A stretch of 64,000 nt of DNA from Lama guanicoe. Its lineage: Eukaryota. Made by a program: the position numbers and the translations under genes. Below, piece by piece: positions 50,567 through 63,900 of the stretch. Location: NCBI GenBank assembly GCA_013239625.1, contig MU053934.1, positions 3,490,399 to 3,554,398 on the forward strand. Reading direction: 5' to 3'. The notes under the pieces are model-generated. The model did not search any database. It had not been told where the DNA came from and saw only the letters and a list, made by a program, of their open reading frames with translations. Each line of letters begins with the position of its first letter. The first letter of the stretch is position 1.

Positions 50567-50714
50567 GAGGCGTGCGAGCGCAGTCTGGCGGAGATGGAGT
50601 CCTCGCACCAGCAGGTGATGGAGGAGCTGCAGCGGCACCACGAGCGGGAGCTGCAGCGACTGCAGCAGGAGAAGGAGTGGCTCCTGGCAGAGGAGACAGC
50701 AGCCACTGCCTCAG
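50567..50714 (+). CDS. TRIOBP: Exon 18, coiled coil ([49 protein letters not shown])
   Basis: ccgcag| acceptor, g|gtgagg donor, 148 nt. Confidence 0.96.
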
Positions 50715-52429
50715 GTGAGGACCCTGGGCGGGAGCGGCACAGCAGGATGGAGGCTCCTCCTGGCTGGATTTGGGAGGCCTTTAACTAAGAGCTGAGAGTC
50801 TCAGTGCCAAACTTGGGGTGAGGGGTCACAAGCCCCTAGATCTGGCTTCTAACCCTTCTTGCAAAGGGGAAACCGAGGCAATAAAAACCCCCACACACAG
50901 ACCATGGGTTGTAACTCCTCTCCATCTGGGGCCTGCAGCTACTGGAAGGCCCACCTCAAGCCACACACACGCACTGAGCTCCAGCTCCACACCCAGGCCT
51001 GTGCCACGTGCTGGGGAGGGACTGCTCAGCCACAGACTCTGCTCTCATAGGAGTGCTGTCTCACTGGGCACATGGGCTGTTCTACATGCTCCACACACAT
51101 CTTCACCGAGGAGAGCAGGGAAAGGAGTGAGCATTTACCAAACCCCATTACCCACATGAGCACCCTTAGTCTTTGCAGTGCCCAAGGGAGTGACCCCGTT
51201 TCACAGATGAAGAAACTGGCTCAGAGAGGTTAGTTAGTGACTTGTCCTGGATGGCATAGCTTGGAGGTGGTGGAAGTTGGAGTTGAAGCTCAAACTGCTC
51301 TAACTGCAAAACCATGAACCCTACCCTCTGCTCTCCCAAGTCAGAAATAGGAACGCCCAAGATGCTGGCCAACTCCCTCCTCCCTCTCTCTGTTCCCTGC
51401 ACACCTGCTGTGTGTGTGTGCCTGGCACATCCAAGCACTTCCATGGAGTTTGCAGTCTAGTGGAAATGATGAAAGAGACCACATGATCTAGAACTTACCA
51501 TCTGCCAGTACTTCAAGTGCTCAAGCCTGGGGCCCCTCATCCCAAATCCTGGGGTTGGTATGTTTTGCATTTTAGGAAGATAACGCAGTGTATATATTAG
51601 ATATCCTCCCCCAGCAGGGTCTGGGCTTCACCCTAGCACTAAGGTTTTGGCAGTGAAATTTCTCAGAGTCACACTTAAGTGGGATAATAATGACCACAAA
51701 TAGCCTTGTGTTTGTTCAGGTTGGGAATTGCCACCAAAAGGGTTATGAAACACTTTCAATACTCAGAGCTTTTGGACTTTGGAATTAAGGATAAGACTAT
51801 GAATGAGGACTTGTTTAATCTTCGCAACAGTCCTGTGTGAGTGTGGAAAGAGACTCAGCCCTTGGGAGCTCACAGCCTGAAAGTAAACAGATGGGGGCCA
51901 GTGTCTGGGTACTGACTCTGCCACACATTGTTCTACATGCTTCTCACACATCTTCTGATCACCCAGGAGCGAAGGTGCTGTTGTCATGCCCACTTTCCAG
52001 ATAAGGGATCCAAGGCACAGAGAGGTTAAGTCCTCTGCACAAGTCACATTGATTTCTGCTGGCCACAGAGCCTATGATCTTGACCACTAGGCTGGGCCAG
52101 GCAGGTGGATCTTGTTAAAGAACCCTCCAGGCTCTGCAGGGAGGAATCTGGGATCTTACCCAGAAATCACAACACAAAAGGTACCAGTGGTCAGACACTG
52201 AGGTGTCTCCCCAGCAGGGTCCATCAGATAGGGACTGTTGTCCCTTGATAGACAAGCTCAGAGAGGTTGAGCAGCTCACCCGAATCCACCCAGTTCATGA
52301 TACAGCCGGGCCTGGTGCTTTTTGCATACCAGCCTCTGCTCCTGTCTCCGTATGGAGTCCCAGAGGAGGTGAAGCTCCTTGCTGCTGACCCCTCCCCAAT
52401 CTCCCTTCCGCCCTCTGCCCTACTTCCAG

Positions 52430-52532
52430 CCATTGAAGCCATGAAGAAGGCCTACCAAGAGGAGCTGAGCCGAGAGCTGAGCAAGACACGGAGTCTCCAG
52501 CAGGGCCCAGATGGCCTCCGGAAGCAGCACCA
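52430..52532 (+). CDS. TRIOBP: Exon 19 ([34 protein letters not shown])
   Basis: ttccag| acceptor, ca|gtgaga donor, 103 nt. Confidence 0.96.
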
Positions 52533-53114
52533 GTGAGATGGCACCTGGGCCCTGTGTTCTAGGGGCAGGGCCTCCCTCTGAGCCAAGGGCTCAGCTGTCT
52601 ACCCTGCTGGTTCTGAGTAGGGAACCTGTGCTGAGACCCCTTGACAGAGGACATGTCAGTTTGCCCCTAGCTGAGACTCCTGCTCCAGTCACATAACACA
52701 AGGAACAGAAGCAGCAGGGCCCCAGCCAGACCCCCACACCAGTCCACACAGCAGTTCTCAGACCTCTTCTTGTCTAGCCAGTCTCAGCCTCCACGCTCTT
52801 CTTCCCCTCCTTGGTATCCCCTAGAGCTGGGCTACGGTATCGGCCAGTAGGTGTCCCTCCCTGCCACAGAGGACAGTTCTGGAATGTTGGGGCTATGGAG
52901 GCTTTAGAAGTAGGCTCCTCCAACCTGCCCCCTCATAGAGGAGGTGCCTGCAGCCCAAAGAGTCTGTCACCATTTCACAGCCCCACAGCGGGCTGAAGGC
53001 AAAACCAGGATGGGAAGCAGGAGTCCTGGGCTGCTTTGAGTCTGCGTGACCTGACTCAGCTTGGCAGAGGGCAAGAGAGTCCACACCATCCTTCCCCTCT
53101 CCTGCCCCGAGCAG

Positions 53115-53274
53115 GTCAGACATGGAGGCGCTGAAGCGGGAGCTGCAGGTGCTGTCAGAACAGTACTCGCAGAAGTGCCTGGAGATCGGGGCCCTGACGC
53201 GGCAGGCCGAGGAGCGTGAGCACACGCTGCGGCGCTGCCAGCAGGAGGGCCAGGAGCTGCTGCGCCACAACCAG
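53115..53274 (+). CDS. TRIOBP: Exon 20 ([23 protein letters not shown]...ELLRHNQ)
   Basis: gagcag| acceptor, cag|gtgggc donor, 160 nt. Confidence 0.96.
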
Positions 53275-53352
53275 GTGGGCCTGGCCCCTGTGGAGTGGGG
53301 GCAGGGCGTGGACATCCTGGCCCCCCTGTACTCACCATCCCACCACTCCCAG

Positions 53353-53466
53353 GAGCTGCACGCCCGCTTGTCTGAGGAGATTGATCGGCTGCGTGGCTTC
53401 ATCGCCTCCCAGAGCTCCAGCAGTGGCTGCGGGCGCAGCAGTGAGCGGAGCTCCTGTGAGCTGGAG
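53353..53466 (+). CDS. TRIOBP: Exon 21 ([20 protein letters not shown]...SSCELE)
   Basis: tcccag| acceptor, gag|gtgcgt donor, 114 nt. Confidence 0.95.
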
Positions 53467-54518
53467 GTGCGTCCACCCCCTCATGCCAGCCCGCCTAGCT
53501 GTTTCTTGGGCCTGGGCGTGGGGAAAGCACCCCAACAGGCTGGATCTGCCCTGCAGTGGGGAGCATTGTGACTCCAAGGGGGCTGAACCCTGGCGAGGAG
53601 TAGTCAGGTTGACTAGGAAGGGTGCCTACTGTGTGCCCAGTGCTACTGGGCCAGCTGGGCGAAAGCCGTTCTGTCGGGGTCCTGCCACCCACCTTCTGTG
53701 TGACCATGGCAAGTCACCTAACCTTTCTGAGCCCCAGTGGCTCATCAGTAAAATGGGGCTAGCACCTCTGTTACTAGAAGGTGGAGTGAGAAAATGCGTG
53801 TGTGATACCAGGATCACGCCAGTCTTTTGTTGTATTTAACAAAAATGCATATACAGTTTTGCTCTGTGCCTGGCATTTCCATAAGCCCTTGTATCTGCTA
53901 ACTCATTGACACTTCCTAATAGTCCTATGAGAAAGATGCTGGTACTGTCCCCATTTTACAGGTGAGGATATCGAGACACAGGCAGGTCAAGTACCTTGCC
54001 CAAGATCATATGGCTAGTCAGTGTGGGAGCTGGGATTTGAACCAGGCAGCCTGTCTCCAGAGTCTAAGCTTTTAAGCCTCCCTTATCCTGGCTGAACCTG
54101 TCTCCTCCTTTGTCAAGTCAGGATAGCAGTACCTGCCCGTCAGGGTTTGGGGAGGGATTAATGAGGGAGCCCACAGGGAAGCCCAGCCCTCTCTGGTTCA
54201 CAGTAGGACCACACTGTGAATTCTTTCTGTGCACTTTGCCCTCAAGTTGAAGGTCTGGTGCTGTGTTGAGGCCACAGCAGAGGCAACCATAAGGCAACCA
54301 TGAAACACCCATTCACATAATATGGACAGGTGAGAGAGCAAGGAGAAATCAGAGAGGGCTTCCTGGAGGAGTCTGTCTCTGGTGGGCAGTGGGTCTTGGT
54401 GCAGATTGGGAGCTGCATTCTAGGGGCCTGAGGCAGAGAGACACCAGCCTTCAGGGCACTATGGGCCAGGGTAGCTCTGGCCTCTGGCCCTGGGTCAGCC
54501 TGGCAACCATGACCCTAG

Positions 54519-54605
54519 GTGCTGCTGCGAGTGAAGGAGAATGAACTTCAGTACCTGAAGAAGGAGGTGCAGTGCCTCCGCGATGAGCTCCAGATGATGC
54601 AGAAG
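54519..54605 (+). CDS. TRIOBP: Exon 22 ([29 protein letters not shown])
   Basis: ccctag| acceptor, aag|gtgagt donor, 87 nt. Confidence 0.96.
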
Positions 54606-55353
54606 GTGAGTCCCAGCTGGCCAAGGTGGGATATCAGTGGAGTGGGGAACCCCTCGATCCAGCTGAATGCCTGTGCTCTGTGCAGCCACTCCTGACTCAA
54701 CATGTCATCAGGCTCTCTCCGTGCCTCTCCCACGCGGCTGTCACTGTTCCCATTTACAGACAAAGAAGCTGTGGCTAAGAAAGGGTTAATGACTTGCTCA
54801 AGGCCACACTTGCTTTTATTTATTTAGAAAATATTTATTGAGCATCTGCTATGTGCCAGGCACTGTGCTGGGTGCTGGGGTGACAGCTGTGGACAAGAAA
54901 GACCAAAACCCGTGCCCATGTAGAGCATGCATTCCAGTGAGGGATAAGCCAAGTTGCTGGGAGTTGGGGAGCCAGGATTCAGGGTCCAATCTCTGAGGTG
55001 TCGTGTCCTTGTGTCTTTGACACCCTCTGTGTGTTGGTGGCTCTGGGACTTGTGTGAGCCAGACTCATGGAAGGGGCTCAAACACTGGGCCAGCCTGACC
55101 TGATTCTCCTCCGAGCCCCTCACTGCTGTCTGGTCTTGGGCTAAAGCTTCACCTCCCTGAGCCTCGGCTCTCATCTTGAATGGGATGAAAATGATGCTGA
55201 AACCTGTGTCCCTGGGTGGAGCTGAGGGCCGCCTAGGGGGGCCACTTGGAGGAGGCCTTGGGGACTGTGGAGGGTCCTGGCTGCTGTGTGCTGGCCAGTG
55301 GGCAGGGCCAGGAAGAAGGGCTTCGTGCCCTCACACCCCTCCCTACCCCCCAG

Positions 55354-55515
55354 GACAAGCGCTTCACCTCGGGAAAGTACCAGGACGTGTATGTGGAGCT
55401 GAATCACATCAAGACGCGGTCAGAGCGGGAGATTGAGCAGCTGAAGGAGCACCTGCGTCTCGCCATGGCTGCCCTACAGGAGAAGGAGGCCGTGCGCAAC
55501 AGCCTGGCCGAGTAG
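55354..55515 (+). CDS. TRIOBP: Last coding exon 23 ([53 protein letters not shown])
   Basis: ccccag| acceptor; TAG 55513-55515; probable donor 2 nt later (tagag|gtgggc). Confidence 0.96.
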   Translation, partial: DKRFTSGKYQDVYVELNHIKTRSEREIEQLKEHLRLAMAALQEKEAVRNSLAE

Positions 55516-56280
55516 AGGTGGGCGCCGTGGGGTGGGCCCCACAGGGTGGGCAGGGGTGAGGCCAGGCGAGGCAGGATGAGCTCAAGGCTCATCCACGCCC
55601 GACTCGCCCTGCCATCTGGGCCAGGGCACTTCCTTCTCCTGGCCTCCGTATCCCTTTCTGTAAACAGGGACAGTGACACCAGCAACTCCAGGTTGTTGTG
55701 GGGATCAGTCAGACTCAGCCAGAGGCTGCTTTGTTAACTTGAGCATGTTTCTTCAGAGGTGGGGAAGTGAGTTCAGGATCTGATTGTTGTCTTGTCCACC
55801 CACGTGACAGCGCATGTTTCTTAACACCAAGCCACAGCCGCAGCCTGTCCACAGGGCTGGCAGTGCCCTAACTGATCTGCCTGGACTTGGGCGGCATGTC
55901 CGGTGTGCCCACCCCGCCATCAGACCCAGCGGCATGGCGCGCATCCCTAATCACTCACAGCATCCCTTTCACCGAGCCTCACACGTCAGACATCGCGAGT
56001 GAGACTACACCCCGTCCCACTTAGTCTTACAGTCGTCCTTGATTTAGCCTTGATTTGAAACATTTTATGATGCCTTTCCTAATGCTACATCTACTTGGAG
56101 CTTCCTTGCTAACACGTCCTTGTGGGCTTCCTGAGGCACTCTGGAGAGGCCACCCTGCAGGCCAGGCTCGGGGAGAAGCCCAGAGGAGCAGGTTTGGCCC
56201 AGCCTTTGGGGCGAAGAGGCGTTGGAAGGATCTGCTGGCCACCCTTGCCTGGTCTAAGCCAGACTCCCCCACTCTTTTTT

Positions 56281-57000
56281 GTTAAACTGAAGTATAGTTG
56301 ATTTACAATGTTGTGGTAGTTTCTGGCGTAAAGCATGGTGGTTCAGTTACATCTATGTAAGATATATGTATTTTTCAGATTCTTTCCCATTATAATTTAT
56401 TACAAGATATTGAATATAGTTCTTTGTGCTATACAGTAGGACCTTGTTGTTTGTCTGTTTTATATATGGTAGTTTGTATCTGCTAATCCCAAACTCCTAT
56501 TTTTTAAAAAAATTTTTTGGGGGTAGGTAATTAGGTTTATTTATTAATTTTATTTATTGATTGATTATGGAAGTACTGGGGATTGAACCCAGGACCTCGT
56601 GCATGCTAAGCATGTGCTCTACCACTAGAGCTATCCCCTCCCCCATCAAACTCTTAATTTATCCCTCCCTACTCCGTTCCTGTTTGGTAGCCATGTTTGT
56701 TTTCTATGTCTGTGAGTCTGTTTCTGATTTGTCAATAAATTCATTTGTATTATTTTTTAGATTTCACATATAAGTGGTATCATATGATATTGTTTTTCTC
56801 TACTTAACTTCACTTAGTATGAGAATCTCTAGGTCCCCTCATGTTGCTGCAAAAGGCATTATTTCATTCTTTTTTATGGCTGAGTAATATTCCATTATGT
56901 ATATATACCTCATAATCTTCATCCAGTCATCTGTAGGTGGGCATTTAGGTTGATTCCTAAATAGTAGTGCTATGAACATTGGAGTGCATGTATCTTTTCT
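56281..57000 (-). mobile_element. L1 3'-end fragment with a nested SINE (~56510-56645) in the last intron
   Basis: gaagtatagttgatttacaatgttgtg...atgaacattggagtgcatgtatc is typical antisense L1 tail sequence; SINE head gtactggggattgaacccagg. Confidence 0.85.
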
Positions 57001-57032
57001 AATTAGCAGATTCCCTCACTCTTGTCTTCTAG

Positions 57033-57775
57033 GTCCTGGTAGTCCAGCCTCACTGCAGACCCTGCAGCCCAAGGGGACCAGTCGCCCTCCTTCCCTGCTG
57101 GACGGACGTCAGAAGCCAAGCTTTCTCCCCACCCTCTGTGGGCCGCACGTGCACTCACATCCACCACACACATGCACTCACAGGCACACACACACATAAA
57201 TACACATGCACATGGGCACACACACACACACACGTACACACACACATTGTCTGCGTATCTGAGCGTGCCCCTCGCACTGGGTCTTACCTTGCACCTTCTT
57301 CAGGATTTTATATGTGAAGAGATTTTTATATAGATTTTTCCTTTTTTTTCCCCCAAAACACTTTATACTTTTTAAAAAGCAATTCCTGGTGGCATGTGCC
57401 TCCAGCACTGGCTCCCCCTCTGCCTCCAGCCGCCTGCGACTCGTGGGCTTCTGGACCCGTAGCCCCGGCCTGGGTCCAGCGGAAGCCCAACAGCAGCAGC
57501 GCCATGGCAGGGCTGGCTCTGGGGGGAGAGGCAGGGAGCCAGCCACCCTCTTCCCGCCCTACCTCCCACTAACTACTTCCTTCCCTGGGAGGACCCGCTC
57601 CCTGGGACTCTGGTCAGAGGGACAGATGGACAGAGGGAGCCGGCAGCTGTCCCCTTGGCCCCCTCCTCTGAGAGGGTGCTGGGCTTGGATCTGCTGGAGC
57701 CGCCCCATGCAGGCATTTCTCTCCTGCTCCATGAGCCTTCTTAACTTAATAAAATGTTCCGACAGCTCTGGTGTC
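57033..57775 (+). other. TRIOBP: Probable 3'UTR terminal exon 24, including a (CA)n tract at ~57160-57246
   Basis: Acceptor cttgtcttctag|, U-rich block ~57305-57375, AATAAA at 57748. Confidence 0.7.
57748..57753 (+). terminator. TRIOBP: Polyadenylation signal AATAAA
   Basis: Canonical hexamer at the end of the putative last exon. Confidence 0.7.
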
Positions 57776-59409
57776 CTAGATGGCTGGGACAGGTTGGGTG
57801 ATGGAGGTTGGGGTTTCTTAAAGTGGCCTCACCACCCACACCCCCCAGCACTCCACCCTTCCTGAAGGGGTGGCATGTGGGCTTCTGAGGGTGGAGCTGA
57901 GAATCTGGTTCTTCCACGAGGCTTTGCAGCTTCACATGGGGTTTGCAGATCCAGCAACTCCGGGGAGCTGGTTAGAAACACCAAGTCCAGACCCCACCCT
58001 GACCTACTGAGTCAGAATCTGCACTTTAACACAGCCCCCCTAGGATCCGTGTACACCTCAGTCTGAGAAGCCCTGAAGTGGGCACCGGACCCAGCCTTGG
58101 AGGGAGGACTGGAGCTGAGACTTTGCCCGTGACTGACCTTGGACAAGTCAGATCCCCTCTCTGAGCCTTAATTTGTTTCTCCATCAAATGGGTACTTTTC
58201 AGCCCCAGTCCTATACTGAAGCTGTGCCCAGAGGTCTTGTCTAGCCCTGGAAGGGGTGGGGGTGGGGGCAATGGATGTGACCACCCCAGGCCCACCTTGC
58301 TGGGAGGCCTCATCCCTGCTGGCTGGCTGTGCTGATCATGGCCCAGTGTGGGGCTGGGAAGAGGCCCCAGTTCTGAGCTGCTGCTGGCCCAGCCTGGGCT
58401 GTCCGAGTTGCAGAGTTATGGCCCGGGTGACAAGATGAGGGGAGAACTTGAGCTGGTCCCGCCCCTACAGCTATTCGCATCCACCCTTGGGCACTTCCTC
58501 TGGGCTGGGCACTGGGCATTCAGAGTCAGACAAGAACTGGCCCAACCCTCACTGAGGCCACAAAAACAGGCCACATTGGGTAGGGTCCCAAAGGCTGTAG
58601 GAACCCAGAGGAGACCCCAACCCAGCCTTCAGGTCAAAAAGGGCTTTTGGAGGTGGTTTTGGTATATGACTTTCCTAGATAGAAAGATCAGGAAGGGCAT
58701 TCCAACTCCAAGGGAACAGCATGAGCAAATGCCCTGTGAACCTCCCTGGTGTGTTCGGGGAAAGACCCGTAGGGGGGTGAGCATGAGGGCTGTGGGGGAA
58801 GCGGACCCCATTCCCCTGCCAGGGATGGGGTTAGGAATGGGCACGGGATGTGGTTCTGGCCAATGAGATGCCCAGGAGAGTCTTGGTTGGGGTGGAGGAT
58901 TGGAGGGCATCATCTGGAAAGGTCTTCCTTGCTTTTAAAAAGGAGCCCAAGGAAGGGAGGCCTATCTCTCTCAGCCTTTGGTCAGTGTTGGGTGAAGTCC
59001 CCATGTTGCCACCATCTTGTCTCATTAACATGCTAAAAATGGCCGAGCAGAAAGAAGGAAGAACCAGGACCCTTGAGCCATCAAATCACCCAGGCTTGGC
59101 GCTGCCCTGCCTCAGGGATTCTTGTCCCGTGAGATAAGGAGCATCCCATGGGCAGCCCCAGCATCCAGATAATTAGGTCCAGGGCCCTGCTCACCACACT
59201 TTCCTCCTGGCACCAGCCTTCTTGGACATCCCTGCATTCCATCCTCTGTCTCCATGACTCCCTCAGCCCAGCTCCCTGTAGCACCTGGGCTGTGGCAACC
59301 GCCTCCTCACTGGCTCCCTCCCACCCCACCCTCTCCTCAGGCAGGGCTGCCTGGACAAGCTAAAAAATCAGGCCAACCTATGAACAGGTGCCCCACCTCA
59401 GCCGTTTAA

Positions 59410-59920
59410 AAGCAATGATATCACTCCCCACCCCACCCCCACTAGAATAGCTCAAATTAACAGGACTAACAATACTAAGTGTCTGTGATGATGTGAAGAG
59501 CTGGAATTCTCACGCACTGCGGGTGGGAGTGGTCTTGGTACTAGCCCAGTGGGACACTGTTGGCAGTTTCTCATAAAGTTAAACAACATCTACCCTGTGA
59601 TTGAGCATTTCCACTCCATCTATGCGCAAAAGAAATGAGTGCTTGGGTTTACAAAATGACTAGTACAATGATATTTATATCAGCCTTACTCATAGTAGCC
59701 CAAATCTGAAAACAGTACATATGTCTGTCAACAGTAGAATGAATGAATAAATGGTGGCACAGTCATACCTCAGAATACTCTATAGCAATTAAAAAAATAT
59801 ATAGACACACTATTGTATATAAAATAGATAAACAACAGGGTCCTGCTGTATAACACAGGGAACTATATCCCATGTCCTGTAATGGCCTACAATGAAAAAG
59901 AATATGAAAAGAAATATATA

Positions 59921-59956
<36 letters not shown>

Positions 59957-60060
59957 CATATATATATTCATTTATATATATGTATAAATGAATCACTGCT
60001 GTACACCAGAAATTAACACAACATTGTAAACAGACTATACTTCAATTAAAAAAAACTATA
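59410..60060 (+). mobile_element. L1 3'-end fragments (older and younger) with a (TA/TG)n microsatellite
   Basis: cccactagaatagctcaaatt...; acaacattgtaaacagactatacttcaattaaaaaa. Confidence 0.8.
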
Positions 60061-60404
60061 CTACTGCCAAAAAAAAAAAAAACACACACAACAAACATCC
60101 ATCGTTTCAGCAGGTATCCAGGTGAGGATCCTGGGGAAAAACCCAGTAACCTGTCACACAGGAAATTTGGCAAAAACCGCGTGGTTTGGCTGCATGCTGT
60201 GGTGTCAGGCAGCCAAGCACGTGCAATTGAATGGGCAAAAGGCCGGGTATCAGACAAACCTGCCTGGGTTCAAACCCAGCCTGCTACTTCTAGTAGGCTA
60301 CATGAACCTCAGGGAGTCACATCCCTCTCTGAGCTTCATTTCCCCATCTTTTAAATGGGGATGATGATGTCTACCACAGAGGGTTATTCAGGAATTAAAT
60401 TACC

Positions 60405-60950
60405 AACTGTTTCAATGATCAGTTGGTGTATAACCAACTACCACAAACTTAATGGCTTAGAAAAGCAGTTTTTGATTACCACCTAGGATCCTGTAGATGA
60501 ACTGGGCTCAACTGGGCAGTTCTCTTGGGGTCTGTTTTGTGGTTGCTCTCAGTGGTGGCGGGGCTGGAGTCATCTGAAGGTTCAGCTGGGTTTGACGTCC
60601 AAGATGACGTCATCATTCATATGTCTGGTGCCTCAGCTTGGGGGGAGGCGACAGCTGGGGGCTACTGGACATCTCTCTCCCTTTCTCTGCATAGCCACTT
60701 CATGTGGCTAGCCTGGGCTTCCTCACAGCAGGGCAGTCTCGGGTCAGTCTGCAGTCCGACTTCTTACATGGTGGTTGACTTCCCTAAGAGTTTCAAGCAA
60801 TGCTGGTGGAATCTACAAGCCTCTTACGACGTTGGCTTGGAAGTGCTGTGGCATTCCTCCCAACATATTAGTCAAGGACAAGTCACAGGGCCAGCCCAGA
60901 TTCAATGAGAGGGGCATGAATGCTGGGGGTGGTTCACTGGGAGCCATCTT
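60405..60950 (-). mobile_element. MaLR LTR (MLT1-like)
   Basis: aaccaactaccacaaacttaatggcttag...caagtcacagggccagcccagattcaa. Confidence 0.7.
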
Positions 60951-63900
60951 TCTTCTCTCTGCTCCTGCTTCTCCACTTAACTCTCCAGCTCCTCCTCCTC
61001 AGTCTCCTTTGGGGAATTTCTTCTTCTGCCCAGCCTGCTAATGGTGGGGTTCCCCTGGGTCTGTCCTCAGCCCTCCTGTCTTCTCCTTCTACATGTTATC
61101 CTGCGACAACCTTGAGCTCTTTCTTTGATCTCTCATCCTTGGCTTTTGTCTGTCTCCAGCCCAGACCTTTCTCAGGAATTCCAGATCTGGGCAGCCTCAG
61201 TCTCAAGGCCACCATCAAGGCCCTGTCTTCCCTCCAGCCTGCTCCTCCCCAGTTAATTACAAGAAGCCTCAGTTAGCACAGAGGAAACAGCAAAACCAGA
61301 CTGGGAAGTCAGGGGAGGCTTCTTGGAGGAGGGGCCCTGGAGCTTAGCAGGAACTAGCTAGGCTAGGAGGATGGAGAGAGTATTCCAGGTCAAATGAACA
61401 TCACAGCTAAAGACACTAGATGGAAAAGGAAAGCCACTTCAGGGATAGAGAAGCTGGGTTTGGCTAGAGTTTGGAGTGTGTAGAGGGATCTGAAGGCCAG
61501 AGGGGCAGGTCTGAGCTAGAATTCAATTTGCAAGGAGGATGGGGACCATGGGTCCAAGCTCTAGCTTCATTCTTTTTTCTTTTTCTTTTTCTCTTTTTTG
61601 TTGTAATTCTTTGTTCTAGCTCCATTTTTAATCCAGTGGGGAACCATGCAGAGGTTTTAGACAGGCAATGCCCTAACTCAAGACAGTGGTCTGGGCAGTG
61701 ATAGGGGTATGGACTTTATCAGCACACGGAGATAGTGAAGGCTCCTGGTTGGCCTCAGGGATGATATGTAGCGGGGAGGGGTAGGAGGGGGGTTGGAGAG
61801 GAGGACAGAGCTTCATGGAAGAGTAGTAAGTAGGTTCCCAGCAGCCGGAATGAGTGATTGCTTCCAGAAGGGCGTGGCTGACGGGGCGGGAGAAAAAGCC
61901 CACCAAGAGCCCACTGAAGTTCATCAGGTCACAGAGAGCGGAGAGCTATGTGGGGGATGGGGTTCTGTGGGGAAGGACGGAAAAGTTCTGTCACTTCCTT
62001 GTCACTTTTACTCTCTACACCTTGTCAGAATTGACTCTTTGCCCTTAGAGGGGCCCAGAGCTTTAGTCATCTCAGGCCCACCCCTTCCAGGGGCCCTGGG
62101 ACCACCCACCCATCCTCAGCTCAGAGACCTGCAGCTCCTCTGAAAAGGTGGCAGGGGGGCAATGTCACCTCAGAAAGCACTAATGATGCAGACCCTCCCC
62201 GACCCCTCCTGGGACACCTCTGGGAGGCAGGACGAGGAAGGAGTAAGAGCTCAGGTCAGTAGGGTAGGAGGGTAGGGGGCCCCAGACAGACTTCCATCTG
62301 TATCCTAGTTCCTAGCTCTGCAAATTTGGGCAAGTTATAGAAATTTTCTGTGCCTCAGTTTCCTCATCTGTAAAATGGGAATACTACTGCATACCTTGCA
62401 GGAGTGCTGGGAAGCTCAGAAATGAGCCAATACGTGTAACACGCTGAGAAGAATGTCTAGCATCTAGTAAGTGCAATAAAAATACTAGTTAGTGCAATGG
62501 TTGTTATTGTTATGGGGCAGTTATGAGGATTAAATGAAATGATGGAAGTCAAATGCATGACGTGGGGCCCAGAATAGAGTAAGTATTTCAAAGACAGGAG
62601 CTATTACTTTATTATTATTAGTCAGAAGTCAGCTGGATGGCCCTGCCCCCCACCATCCTCAGGAGATCTGGTTAAACTTGATTCAAACCATAATTCCATG
62701 GCCTGTGAGAATCCAGGCCTCTTCCTTCCGTTTTGGCAGTTTCCCACCTGTCAATTTTTAGGGCATCCTGATACTTCCCTTCTCTTGGGGTGAGATGTAT
62801 TGCCAGCTACAAAGCCAGACACTTCAGTGGTTCCAAGATAAATCCTCTGGAAAAGCATACCCTAATAGGCAGCTCTCATCGTCTTGCCCCTGCACCATCT
62901 CGACCACTGGCAGGTGGGGGCACCTGGCAGCCTGGGAGGAGCCCCGCCTGCCTGCTGGGTACTGCCCGCTCCTCCTCGCCGCTAAGCCCTGGCCAGCTAC
63001 CCCTTTACCGCCCCTGGATGCAGCTGCTTATCCTTGTCCTCATACCCATGCCTCATTCAGCCTCTTCCCAGGTCCCCACGACTGCGACTGGATCAGCTTC
63101 TTCCCTGGTGCCAAGCCCCTGGTCTTCCCCCTCCCATCCAATCCGCACACCACCAGTGTGAGCTTTCTAAAACAGTTTTCCCTTCATGAAACACTACTCT
63201 GATCCCCTGTTGCCCTTAGGATCAAGTTTTGGCACACGAGCCCCTCAGTCTGCCCCAGCTCCCTCTCTCCGCCCCTTCAGGATCCCTGGACTCTGGGTTT
63301 CCACTGCATGAAGGCACCTGTAGCTCCCAAGGATGCCCAGCCATGCATTTGTCTGTCCTCACCGTTCTCCTCCACATGCACCTACTCCCTTTCTGCCCCT
63401 GCCCGGTAGACCTGATAGAGTCAGGACTCAGATCAGTCTTCATTTGCCACCTCCAGGAAGCCCTCCCAGTTCCCCCAGCTGGGGCTAGACACTAGGGCTT
63501 CCACAGCCTTTCCACCTGACCTTCTTTCCTCATAGCTCCCTCAGACTGTGAGCCCTCTGAAGCCAGGAACCAGCTCTGATTCCCTTCTGTTTCCTCAGGG
63601 CCCTGCACAGAACACGTGAAATCGCAGCTAGATAGATTTTTGTTGATCAACTGACTGACTGGAAGTGAATGACCACTTCCTGGCCCAGCCAGGCACCCTC
63701 TAGACAGGGCAAAGCCTCAGCCTCAACCTCACCCCCACGCCAAATGGCAAAGGGCCAGGTCTCCTCATAAACCAGCTGGGAAGCCCAGCAGGCAGCCTGA
63801 GGGGCTGGGCGCTAATGGCAGTTTCCGGTACATGAAAGGACCTAGGCTATAACCATGAGTCATGCGTGTCATCCAGCATCCCTTCTGGACTTTACGAGGA

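Larger units (their letters stand above)
1500..57775 (+). other. TRIOBP: TRIOBP gene span (multi-promoter, multi-isoform locus); ends approximate
   Basis: 21 coding exons splice in frame into a 2056-aa protein containing the [16 protein letters not shown] repeats, a PH domain ([12 protein letters not shown]...[10 protein letters not shown]...WIEALRK) and a C-terminal coiled coil ending RNSLAE*. Confidence 0.97.
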
